Source: an uncultured Holophaga sp. (lineage in GTDB: Bacteria; Acidobacteriota; Holophagae; Holophagales; Holophagaceae). From it: 64,000 nucleotides of DNA. Positions 46,118-55,500 of the stretch are shown here, one piece after another. The notes beneath the pieces were generated by a model. The model was not told the origin of the DNA. It saw only the letters and a program-made list of their open reading frames with translations, and did no database searches. A program made the position numbers and the translations under genes. How positions within the stretch are numbered: the stretch's first letter is position 1; every line of letters starts with the position of its first letter. Location of the stretch: NCBI GenBank assembly GCA_963664825.1, contig OY761614.1, positions 1,120,001 to 1,184,000 of the forward strand. Direction: 5' to 3'.

Positions 46118-46527
46118 TCGCTGTCCTCGTTCTCGAACCGATGGCCCAGCGACAACTTCTCCATCAGTTCGGAGGCTTTTTTTGACATCTCCAGCATCCA
46201 CTCGGCCCGCGCCAGCTTGCGTTTCAGGGCCTTGTTCTCCTTCTCCAGTTCCTTGTTCCGGGCCTCGTGCGGATCCCGCGGCTTCGGTCTCGGCCCTGGT
46301 TTTACCGGGTTCAGGGCGCCCAACGCCCCGAGCTCACGCTGCTGCCGCCAACTCGAAAGGTGCGAGGAATAGAGTCCCTCTCGCCGAAGCAATGCGGCGA
46401 TCTGGCCCGGCACCGAGCACACATCCACCTCGGCCAGCACCTTCAACTTGTAGCTGGCGCTGAACCGCCGCCGTTTGGGGCGGCTCAACTCCACCTCCCC
46501 GTTCCCCAACTTCAAGACCTTGCTCAT
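46114..46527 (-). CDS. IS3-like transposase OrfA (HTH)
   Basis: RRRFSASYKLKVL..LLRREGLYSSHLSSWR, coiled coil; A7G slippery site at 46176-46183. Confidence 0.88.
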   Translation of the reverse strand: MSKVLKLGNGEVELSRPKRRRFSASYKLKVLAEVDVCSVPGQIAALLRREGLYSSHLSSWRQQRELGALGALNPVKPGPRPKPRDPHEARNKELEKENKALKRKLARAEWMLEMSKKASELMEKLSLGHRFENEDSE

Positions 46528-46597
46528 CCCATTTCCTTCCCCGCCCCGACAAAAGACTCTGAAGTGTCTCCTGTCTCAAAAAGCTTGGCGCGGGGGG

Positions 46598-46743
46598 ATC
46601 TCGAAATTCGTACGGACCTGCACCAGATCCACGCCCCGAGCCGCAGTTTGGCGGGCCGCCAGCACCAGAGCGCGAATACGCTCCAAGAGCCACGTTTGGT
46701 CGGCTAGAACTGGGGGCACGGAGACAGGCTTCGCGTGCGTCAT
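46598..46743 (-). pseudogene. YhcG/DUF1016 N-terminal stub truncated at the IS3-like end
   Basis: Manual translation MTHAKP...LLERIRALVLAARQTAARGVDLVQVRTNFE(I); ATG overlaps the MNT stop codon. Confidence 0.7.
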
Positions 46744-47072
46744 TGCAGTCCCTGATGATTGCTCGCGTCCTTGCGTTCGTAGAACACGACCCCCACTCGC
46801 TCGATGTGTTCTTCGAGTGCGGGGTGTTTCAGTTCTGCGAAGAGGGAAAGATCGATGGTGTAGGGCAGCAGCAGATCGTCGAGGGCCTCGGCGATGGTCG
46901 CGCAGAGGGCGTCGGTGAGCGCCGCGCCATGGAGGGTCAGATCAATATCGGAGCCTGGCTTGTAGTTGCCCTTGGCGCGCGAGCCATAGAGCACGGCCTT
47001 TTCGATCTCGGGGAACCGGCCCATGACTTGGCAGATCTGTTCGACCGTTTGATTGGAGAGGCCATAGCTCAT
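46740..47072 (-). CDS. Minimal nucleotidyltransferase (MNT antitoxin)
   Basis: LYGSRAKGNYKPGSDIDL (GSx10DxD), LPYTIDL. Confidence 0.92.
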   Translation of the reverse strand: MSYGLSNQTVEQICQVMGRFPEIEKAVLYGSRAKGNYKPGSDIDLTLHGAALTDALCATIAEALDDLLLPYTIDLSLFAELKHPALEEHIERVGVVFYERKDASNHQGLQ

Positions 47073-47494
47073 AGATCGGGTTCTTCGCGGACGCCGAGGG
47101 TTTCGAAGGTGCTCGCCATCGCCGCGAAGGCGGGATAGAACCGCGTCAGGATGTCATGGGCGATGCCCTCGGCCACTTCAGGGTTGTAGGTGTGGGAAGT
47201 CAGGTTGCGCGCCTTGATCATGTCCATCCAGACCTGTCCCTCGCTGATCAGGGCATTCTTGAAAGCTTCCCGCGTCGCATTCTTCGAGCCGATGATGTCC
47301 ACAAAGCCCTGCTCTTCGAGATAGTCCTTCAGGACATTCCAGGCCAGTTCATGGGTGAATTCAAAGCCTTGGATCAGCCCCTGCTGCTCGAGATTGGAGA
47401 GCGCCCGCTGGTCGGCCAGCGCCACGGCGTCAGCAAGGGTCTGCAGGGCTTTGCCAAAATTATCGAAGCGTTGTTTCCAACGGATATCCTGCAT
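47069..47494 (-). CDS. HEPN / nucleotidyltransferase substrate-binding protein (HI0074 family)
   Basis: IRWKQRF, GLIQGFEFTHELAW, RNLTSHTY (Rx4HxY). Confidence 0.92.
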   Translation of the reverse strand: MQDIRWKQRFDNFGKALQTLADAVALADQRALSNLEQQGLIQGFEFTHELAWNVLKDYLEEQGFVDIIGSKNATREAFKNALISEGQVWMDMIKARNLTSHTYNPEVAEGIAHDILTRFYPAFAAMASTFETLGVREEPDL

Positions 47495-47497
47495 GAT

Positions 47498-48961
47498 CTA
47501 GCTCCTCGCCAGCATGGTCCGAATGGTCCCCAGTATTTCCGAACTCTCCGCGTCCAGGGCCACGATCTCATCCAGGATCTCCTCGGGGCTGCGCAGGGTC
47601 ACTTCCTCGCCGCCATCGGGGTTCTTCGTGGACAGATCGAAGCTGCCTTGGTCGATGCCCGCCACGTCCACGGTCCAGGACCTGGGGCCTTTCGCAAAGG
47701 TCTTCTGCAAGGCCACGAATTCGGCCAGGTCCTCGTCGTTGAGGGGATTGGTTTTGCCCATGTTGCGTCCAGGCTGGATCTGGTAGTACCAGACCTTCCG
47801 GGTGGGCGCGCCCTTCTCGAAGAACAACACCACGTTTTTCACGCCCGAGCCTTCGTATGTGCCACCGGGGCAGTCCAGCACGGTGTGCAGGTTGCATTCA
47901 AGCAGGAGCTTCTTGCGCAAGGAGGTGGAGGCGTTATCCGTATTGGATAGGAAGGTGTTCTTGAGAACGATGGCCGCCCGGCCCCCAGCCTTCAGGCTCT
48001 TGATGAAGTGCTGGAGGAACAGGAAGGCCGTTTCGCCCGTCTTGATGGGGAAGTTCTGCTGGACCTCCTGGCGCTCCTTGCCGCCGTTGGGTACTGCGGA
48101 CAGCACGATATCAAACCGGTCCTTCTCCTGGATGTCCCCCAGGTTCTCGGCCAGGGTATTGGTGTGCAGGATGTGGGGCGCCTCGATGCCATGGAGGATC
48201 ATGTTCATGATCGCGATGACATAGGCCAGGCTCTTCTTCTCCTTGCCGGTGAAGGTGCGTTTCTGGAGAGTTTCCTGGTCGTCTGTGCTGAGGCCGGGCT
48301 GGGCCTTGAGGTAATCGAAGGCCTCGCACAGGAAGCCCGCGGAACCCACGGCGCCATCGTAGATGCGCTGGCCGATTCGGGGCTGGACCACCTGGATCAT
48401 GGCGCGGATCAGGGGCCGGGGCGTGTAGTACTCGCCGCCGTTGCGACCGGCGTTGCCCATGTTTCGGATCTTGGCTTCGTAGAGATGGGACAGTTCGTAC
48501 TTCTCCACCTGGGTCCCGAAGTTCAGCTCATCGACCAGCTCGATGACTTCCCGCAGGGTGTAGCCGCTCTGGATCTTGTTCTTGATCTCCCCGAAGATCT
48601 CCCCAATCTTGTATTCCGTCGTATCCGGGCCACTGGCCCGCTGCTTGAAGCCGTGCAGGTAGGGGATCAGCTTCAGGTTCACGAATTCCTGGAGATCGTC
48701 CCCCGTCAAGGCCCTGTTGTGGTCCAGCCTATCGTCGGCCCCCTTGGGCATCGCCCAGGCTCCCCAGCGGTAGGGGGGATCCAGGATGAATACGTGGCGT
48801 CGGCCCGCCAGCTTGGAGCCAAGAGCATTCTCGGCCTCCAGTCCATCCAGGTATTTCAGGAACAGCAGCCAGGAGGACTGTTCGGTGTAGTCCAGTTCGC
48901 TGGTGCAGCCCGCATCCTTGTGCAGGATGTCGTCGATATTCTTGAAGGTCTGTTCGAACAT
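47498..48961 (-). CDS. Type I R-M HsdM-like N6-adenine methyltransferase homologue lacking the NPPF motif
   Basis: MFEQTFKNID, GGEYYTPRPLI, YDGAVGSAGFL, MNMILHG; motif IV position reads DIVLSAVPNGGKE. Confidence 0.85.
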   Translation of the reverse strand: MFEQTFKNIDDILHKDAGCTSELDYTEQSSWLLFLKYLDGLEAENALGSKLAGRRHVFILDPPYRWGAWAMPKGADDRLDHNRALTGDDLQEFVNLKLIPYLHGFKQRASGPDTTEYKIGEIFGEIKNKIQSGYTLREVIELVDELNFGTQVEKYELSHLYEAKIRNMGNAGRNGGEYYTPRPLIRAMIQVVQPRIGQRIYDGAVGSAGFLCEAFDYLKAQPGLSTDDQETLQKRTFTGKEKKSLAYVIAIMNMILHGIEAPHILHTNTLAENLGDIQEKDRFDIVLSAVPNGGKERQEVQQNFPIKTGETAFLFLQHFIKSLKAGGRAAIVLKNTFLSNTDNASTSLRKKLLLECNLHTVLDCPGGTYEGSGVKNVVLFFEKGAPTRKVWYYQIQPGRNMGKTNPLNDEDLAEFVALQKTFAKGPRSWTVDVAGIDQGSFDLSTKNPDGGEEVTLRSPEEILDEIVALDAESSEILGTIRTMLARS

Positions 48962-49145
48962 GAAGTTCCTTTCCATGCCCGACAGGACCTTCTGGAGGGG
49001 GCTCCCTTGAGCGATCACGGCAGCATTACAAACTTGTCATGAGTCTACCCCATCCCTCACCCAGGGCCGAGCCAGGCGGCCTCGAATGGCGGGTCCCGGA
49101 GCAAGGTCCAATGAGGCGCCGTCCCATCCGAAGCGGGTTCGCCGG

Positions 49146-49339
49146 GCGGGAGTCCCCTCCGCGCGCGTTGCGCGCTCCGGGCCGCGACGCTGGCTGCGCC
49201 CGCGCCTTTTCGTGTGTGATCGTCCACTGGACGACCACACACGGGCGCTACCGGCGCGCCATCGTCGATTTCGACTCCCGCTTCAAAAACCACCAACGAA
49301 AAGGACGGGGCCAAGTGGCCCCGTCCTTTTCGTTGGTGG
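49146..49339. repeat. Double-hairpin palindromic element adjoining the att site
   Basis: Rod hairpin GCGGGAGTC(49146)...GACTCCCGC(49281), plus a perfect 24-bp IR at 49290-49313/49316-49339. Confidence 0.75.
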
Positions 49340-49356
49340 AGGTGGCGGCAATCAAA
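49334..49356 (-). other. Probable attR: duplicated 3' end of tmRNA (or a tRNA)
   Basis: Minus strand TTTGATTGCCGCCACCTCCACCA resembles the T-arm/acceptor end TTCGAnTCCCGCCAnCTCCACCA; direct repeats TTGCCCCCAAA at 49410-49420 and 49422-49432 resemble integrase arm sites. Confidence 0.7.
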
Positions 49357-49456
49357 TTAGAGATGCAAACTCATCATTCAAAATGGTTAACAAAAACAGC
49401 AATCTAGACTTGCCCCCAAAGTTGCCCCCAAAAAGAGGGGCTTTCACATTGTTTTG

Positions 49457-49918
49457 TCAGCCCACTACCACCCACACAGGCCGTCCCTCTTCACGGGCCT
49501 TGCGGATAGCTTCAGCGGCCTTCTTCGCCGTGAGGGGTTCGGAGCCTTCCTCGCCACGGTGGACGAGCGCGATGCCATCCTCGCCCACGGGAGGCAGCTT
49601 CACGAGGTCAGCCGCGAAGCTCTCCGCCACGAGCCTGCCGCCGATGAGCCGGGGAGGGTCGGGCACCCGGAAGCCTTTGCCCGTGGTCAAGGCCTCGACC
49701 TCCAGGCCATAGAGTCCGGCCAGGGCCCGGAGAGTCGCGTCCGTGGGGCTCTGCCGCTCGTGTTCCCAATGAGAGATGGTCTGCTGGTTGGTGCCCAGAG
49801 CTTCAGCGAGGGCGAGTTGGCTCCACTTCCAGACCAAGCGCACGTACCGGATGCGCTTCCCCAGAGTGTCTGGCTTATCAGAAGCCTTGCCATAACCACC
49901 TCGCTTGGGTCGGATCAT
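49457..49918 (-). CDS. XRE-family HTH regulator
   Basis: LGKRIRYVR..SQLALAEALGTNQQTISHWE; start uncertain. Confidence 0.85.
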   Translation of the reverse strand: MIRPKRGGYGKASDKPDTLGKRIRYVRLVWKWSQLALAEALGTNQQTISHWEHERQSPTDATLRALAGLYGLEVEALTTGKGFRVPDPPRLIGGRLVAESFAADLVKLPPVGEDGIALVHRGEEGSEPLTAKKAAEAIRKAREEGRPVWVVVG

Positions 49919-50142
49919 GCCGCACCTCCCAGAGGAGAGGCAAGGCCTGAATAACTCCAAACGTGTTGTTTGAGCCGCCCGGCATCCTCGCTCTTGAATC
50001 CAGAGCGAGAGAGCTGGCGAAATGCCATGGCTCAACTGTAGCTGAAGCCGAGATAACCAGCCCATCTTCCCCGTAGTTGCAGGAAACTCGCGGAAGAGTG
50101 CAAAATACACCTTTCGAGTGTTTCATAAACATAGGGGTTGCC

Positions 50143-51156
50143 ATGACACAGGCGCTGTGGGGCATGCACGCAGGTTCCGAAGGGTCTGCGGACCCACTCT
50201 TCCGCGAGAGCGGATACCTCGCTCTCAGTTGGTCTGCCTTGGGCAACCTGTCGGCCCTGGAACACACACGGGAAGCCTTTAAGACCGCGCTCTCGGCGGC
50301 CTACCCGGACAAATCCGCTGGGGCCATCCCCGTGGAGGCTGGCGTGCTGTTCCGTTTCCTCCACGAAGTGAATCCGGGGGACATCATCGCCTACCCCAGC
50401 CAGGAGGACCGGCAAATCCACTACCTGCGGGTGAAGGACACTCCCTACGAATACCGGCCTGACCTTAGCGAGGAGTTCCCGCACCTTCGCGCCGCAGACC
50501 TTCTGAAGAGCATCCCAAGGAACGAATTCAGCGCCGGGGCCCTGAATGAGATCGGTGCCGCAATCAGCCTTTTCAGGATCAAGAACAACACCGAGGAGTT
50601 TCTGGCCAAGCTCGCGGGAACGCCTGTGAAGGCAAAGCCACAGGAGGAGGACCAGGAGGCCAAGGCTACCCTCCCAAATCTGGAGGAGAGCACCCAGGAC
50701 TTCGTGCTCAAGCGGCTCTCTCTGCACCTCAAGGGGCATCCCTTCGCCCACTTTGTGGCCCACCTGCTGAACCTCATGGGCTATCGCACCCAGACCTCAC
50801 CACCCGGGAAGGACGGCGGCATCGACATCCTGGCCCACAGCGACCCGCTGGGGGTCACGGGGCCATTCCTCAAAGTGCAGGTCAAATCCACGGAGGGACA
50901 GACCGGCGAGAAAGATGTGCGCGACCTCGCAGGGCTCCTGCACGACCACGAGCGCGGGCTGTTCGTCACCCTGGGCACCTTCAACCTCGACGCCCGCAAG
51001 ACCGCGCGTGGGCCCAAAGGAATCCGCCTAATCGACGGCGCCGAAGTTGTAAGCTTCATCTGCGAGCACTACGAGCGACTCGACCACAAATACCGGTCAA
51101 TGCTCCCCCTGCGCCGGGTCTGGATTCCCGACCCACCTATCAGCGCGGGCGATTAA
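50143..51156 (+). CDS. Mrr-family (type IV-like) restriction endonuclease
   Basis: FAHFVAHLLNLMGY..PPGKDGGIDILAH..KVQVK..GLFVTLGTF..IRLIDG. Confidence 0.88.
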   Translation: MTQALWGMHAGSEGSADPLFRESGYLALSWSALGNLSALEHTREAFKTALSAAYPDKSAGAIPVEAGVLFRFLHEVNPGDIIAYPSQEDRQIHYLRVKDTPYEYRPDLSEEFPHLRAADLLKSIPRNEFSAGALNEIGAAISLFRIKNNTEEFLAKLAGTPVKAKPQEEDQEAKATLPNLEESTQDFVLKRLSLHLKGHPFAHFVAHLLNLMGYRTQTSPPGKDGGIDILAHSDPLGVTGPFLKVQVKSTEGQTGEKDVRDLAGLLHDHERGLFVTLGTFNLDARKTARGPKGIRLIDGAEVVSFICEHYERLDHKYRSMLPLRRVWIPDPPISAGD

Positions 51157-51240
51157 GGCATCTATATTGCCGGAGCACTATTAGGCTTCCCTGTGCCCGA
51201 TGACCGCCCCATGATCTACGCCCTGTCTGGAGGCAACCCT

Positions 51241-51588
51241 ATGGGATTTAAGCTCGCCTGTTTCTCCTTCCTCACGACCTGCGCGGCACTGGTGGCGCAG
51301 GTTCCCGCGCGACCGGACATCTCCCCTGACGCAAGGGTTCGGGCGGCTTACTTCCTCCCGGATGCCAAGCTGAAGCCGGTCACGGACCCGGCATTCCTGA
51401 AGCTCTTCGGGAAGGAAAAGAAGGAGCATGTCTTCCAGGCATCCATCGTAGGGATGGACGGCAACGTGGCCTGGATCAAAAGCCCAAGACTGGAAGAGGC
51501 CACCCTCGGCGGCAAACCACAGCCCTACAGGTTCACGATCATGGTGGACCGCACACCAGCCGCCAGTGCCGAAGGAGCGCAGCGATGA
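51241..51588 (+). CDS. Hypothetical protein with predicted signal peptide
   Basis: GGAGG RBS, MGFKLACFSFLTTCAALVAQ; stop overlaps the next ATG. Confidence 0.6.
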   Translation: MGFKLACFSFLTTCAALVAQVPARPDISPDARVRAAYFLPDAKLKPVTDPAFLKLFGKEKKEHVFQASIVGMDGNVAWIKSPRLEEATLGGKPQPYRFTIMVDRTPAASAEGAQR

Positions 51589-52157
51589 CCAACAACTGTC
51601 CAGAATGCGGAAGCGATCAGACTCAGGCCATCCGGATGGTGCTGGCCACCGGAACCCACGAAGGTGGAGGCATGACTCTGGGCTATGCCCCACGAGGAGG
51701 GTTCGGCATCGCCGGAACGGGGATGAACCTTCAGAGCACCCTAGCCGCGAAATACGATCCAGGAATGAAGCCCGCACGATTTGGAACAGTCCTTTTCCCG
51801 TTCCTTGGAGGGATCCTGGGCTTCATTGGAGTCGGCATGCTAATCGCCCTCCTCGCTAACCCACCGCAAGGGCCCAAAGAAATCCAGACGATCATCGTGC
51901 TGATCGCGATAGTGGTTTTCATCCTTCCGGCTATTCTCTGTTTCAAGGCTCTCATAGGCGGGAATGCACGGCATGAGAGCAATGTAGCCCGCTGGGAGGA
52001 GAAACGCCGGATCGCGGACCATGCTTGGGTTTGCCTGCGCTGTGGAAAAGACTGGATGCCGGGTGAAACGACGCCTCCGGTGATACCCAGGACACAGGAA
52101 ACGGCAAATGAGACTTGGAACTCACCTCTTCCGTCCCCACCTGACTTTGGGTCATGA
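51585..52157 (+). CDS. Hypothetical two-TM protein with split zinc ribbon
   Basis: N-terminal CPECGS, two hydrophobic helices, C-terminal WVCLRCGKDW. Confidence 0.7.
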   Translation: MTNNCPECGSDQTQAIRMVLATGTHEGGGMTLGYAPRGGFGIAGTGMNLQSTLAAKYDPGMKPARFGTVLFPFLGGILGFIGVGMLIALLANPPQGPKEIQTIIVLIAIVVFILPAILCFKALIGGNARHESNVARWEEKRRIADHAWVCLRCGKDWMPGETTPPVIPRTQETANETWNSPLPSPPDFGS

Positions 52158-52541
52158 ATCACCACAAGAGCCGCCCCTCTGGGGGGCCTGAGGACCACCC
52201 CTGAGGCCAAAGCAACCACCGAAAGCCTCTTTCTGTGAGCCCATTTTCCAATTAGTCCCAGTTGGCTGGATGTCACCAGAAAGTGCAATTCCCACGCAGT
52301 CCACACCAGGGGAGCGATTCATTCGTGGTGCGAGTTGGTCGTTTATTTGCATCATTAAACCCCCTGCTTGCCCTTGTTGACGGGCCCCGTGCCAAGGCCC
52401 CATCACAGGGCCCTAAAAGCATGGCCGTGGATTGCCACTGATTTCGCCCTTGCACGTTTCCAGGAGCATCGGGTTAGGTTCCCGACATGCCCTTCGGTAG
52501 GCCACGCGCTACCATCAGGTATGCTTCTCTAAGGGAAATTC

Positions 52542-55500
52542 ATGTCCGCTCTCGCAGTGCTGCTGTCCTCATTCCGTCAAGCCGCCGTCACCGAGCGCGA
52601 GAAGGGCACCTACTTCGAGGAGCTGACTCTCGCTTACCTGCGCAACGAGCCCAGCTATCGGGACTACTACAGCGACGTGTGGACCTATACGGAATGGGCC
52701 AAGAGCCAGGGACTGGACGGCAAGGACGCGGGCATCGACCTCGTGGCCAGGGCGGCCGGGACGGGCGAGTTCCACGCCATCCAGTGCAAGTTCTATGCGC
52801 CGGACTACAAGGTGCAAAAGGCTGACATCGACAGCTTCTTCACGGCCTCGGGCAAGAAAATATTCACTCATCGCATCATCGTCGCCACCACCAACTTGTG
52901 GAGCGAACACGCTGAAGATGCCCTCCGGGACCAGCAGCCACCCGTCACCAAGATCGACCTCCAGGCCTTGGAAGAGAGCCAGATCGACTGGTCCCAGTTC
53001 AAGCCGAAGGCCGCGCCAGTCCTGAAGCCCAAGAAGCAGCTCCGCCCCCACCAGGTTGATGCCTTCAAAACCGTTACCTCCGGCCTACTTGAAGCGGCTC
53101 GCGGCAAGCTCATCATGGCCTGCGGCACCGGCAAGACCTTCACTAGCCTCAAGATCGCCGAAGCTTTGGCGGGCAAGGGCAAGCGTGTGCTCTTCCTGGT
53201 GCCGAGCCTCGCCCTGCTCTCCCAGGCCTTGACGGAGTGGACCCAGGAAAGTGGCACGCCCCTCCACAGCTTTGCCGTGTGCTCCGACAGCGATGTGGGC
53301 AAGAAACGGAATAGTGACGAAGACATCGTCCAGACCTTCACCCACGAGCTGCGCTATCCGGCCACCACGGAACCATCGCGGCTGGCTGCGGAGATGGCCA
53401 AGCGTCAGGACGCTGGGCACATGAGCGTGGTGTTCAGCACCTATCACAGCATTGAGGTCATCCATCAGGCCCAGCATGACCACGGGCTGGAGGCCTTCGA
53501 CCTGATTGTGTGCGACGAGGCTCACCGCACCACCGGGGCCACCTTTGGCGACCAGGACGAGAGCGCCTTTGTGCGGGTTCACGACGCCGACTACATCCGG
53601 GCCGCCAAGCGGCTCTACATGACGGCGACCCCTCGCATCTACGGGGACGGCGCCAAGGCCGCTGCCGAGAAAAACGACATTGCTATCTGCTCCATGGATG
53701 ACGAGGCCCTCTACGGCAAACAGCTTCACGTCATCACCTTCTCGGAAGCCGTGAAGCGCGGGCTCCTGGTGGATTACAAGGTGCTGGTGCTGGCGGTGGA
53801 GGAATCCCACATCAGCCGGAGCCTTCAGAAGCTCCTGGCCGATGGAGATAACCAGCTTCGGGTGGATGATGCCGCCAAGATCGTGGGCTGCTGGAAGGCC
53901 CTGGCCAAGCAAGGCGTGACTCACGACCTCAACGGGGACGAATCCCCTATGAAGCGGGCCGTGGCCTTCTGCCAGGTCATCGAGCCTGGAGGCCCCAAGG
54001 CCAAGACCCACAAGGTCAGCTCCAAGAACATCGCGGGCATGTTCCAGGCCGTGGTCGAGGCGTATCAGGCACAGGAGGAGATTGAAGAAACCAGCCGCCT
54101 GATCTGTGAGGCCGCCCATGTGGACGGCAGCATGAACGCCACAGAGAAGGAAGCCAAGCTCAACTGGCTGAAGGCTGATAGCCCAGAGAACACCTGCCGC
54201 ATCCTCAGCAATGTCCGCTGCCTATCCGAAGGCGTGGACGTGCCAGCCCTGGACGCCGTGCTCTTCCTCACGCCACGGAACTCCCAGGTGGATGTGGTGC
54301 AGTCCGTGGGCCGCGTCATGCGCAACGCCCCAGGCAAGAAGCGGGGCTACGTCATCCTCCCCGTCGTCATCCCCGCTGGAGTCGAGCCCCACGAGGCCCT
54401 GAACGACAACAGGACCTATGCCGTGGTCTGGCAGGCTCTCCAGGCCCTCCGCTCCCATGACGACCGCTTCGACGCCATGATCAACAAGCTGGAGCTGAAC
54501 GGCCCGGACCCCCGGAAGATGGAAGTCATCGCCGTGTGCGGCAAGGTGCCCACCAAGGTCAGCAAGGGATGTTCAGCCAGCCAAAAGAAGCTGCCCCGCC
54601 AAGGCTCGCAAACCATCGGCGTGGCGGAGACTCCCGTGGCCTACCAGGCGCCTCTACCCTTCGAGATCGGCGAGATCGAACGGGCCATCTACGCCAAGGT
54701 GGTCCAGAAGTGTGGCAACCGGCACCACTGGGAGGAATGGGCGGGCGACATCGCGAGGATCGCTCGCACCCACATCGACCGCATCACCGCCATCCTGGAG
54801 GCTCCCGAGCACAGAAAGGAGCAGGCTGCCTTTAAGGCCTTCGCCGACGAGCTGCGGGATGATCTGAATGACAGCATCACAAATGCCGAAGTGGTCGAGA
54901 TGCTGGCCCAGCACCTCATCACCAAGCCCGTCTTCGATTCCCTGTTCTCCGGATACAGCTTCGCGAGTCAGAACCCTATCTCCCAGGCCATGCAGGGCGT
55001 TCTGGATGTGCTCCAAGAACACCGGCTGGAAAAGGGAACCGGCACACTGGAGGCCTTCTACGAAAGCGTGAGGATGCGAGCGGACGGCATCGAGAACGCC
55101 GAGGGCAAGCAGAAGATCGTCGTGGAGCTATACGACAAGTTCTTCCGCAACGCCTTCCCGAAGATGACCGAGCGCCTGGGCATCGTATACACGCCGGTAG
55201 AGGTGGTGGACTTCATCCTCCACAGCGTGAACCACCTGCTGAAGACCGAGTTCGGACAGACCCTGGGCAGCAAGGGCGTCCATATCATCGACCCCTTCAC
55301 CGGCACGGGCACCTTCATCACCCGTCTGCTCCAGAGCGGCCTCATCCAGCCGGGCGAACTGGAGCACAAGTATCGCCACGAGATCCACGCCAACGAGATC
55401 GTGCTGCTGGCCTACTACATCGCCGCCATCAACATCGAAGCCACCTACCACGACCTAGCGGGCGGGGCATACGTCCCCTTCGAGGGCATCTGCCTCACCG

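Larger units (their letters stand above)
41991..46597 (-). mobile_element. IS3-like element (outer), interrupted downstream of its transposase by IS66
   Basis: Imperfect 27-bp IRs CGGAACGCGTCAACGACTTTGAGACAG / CCCCCCGCGCCAAGCTTTTTGAGACAG; ATC on both flanks (41988-41990, 46598-46600). Confidence 0.8.

Noticed and set aside
49037..49356. A complete tmRNA or tRNA gene
   Set aside because: Only a 3'-end-like 23-mer is present; no 5' GGGG acceptor strand, tag ORF or cloverleaf upstream on that strand.
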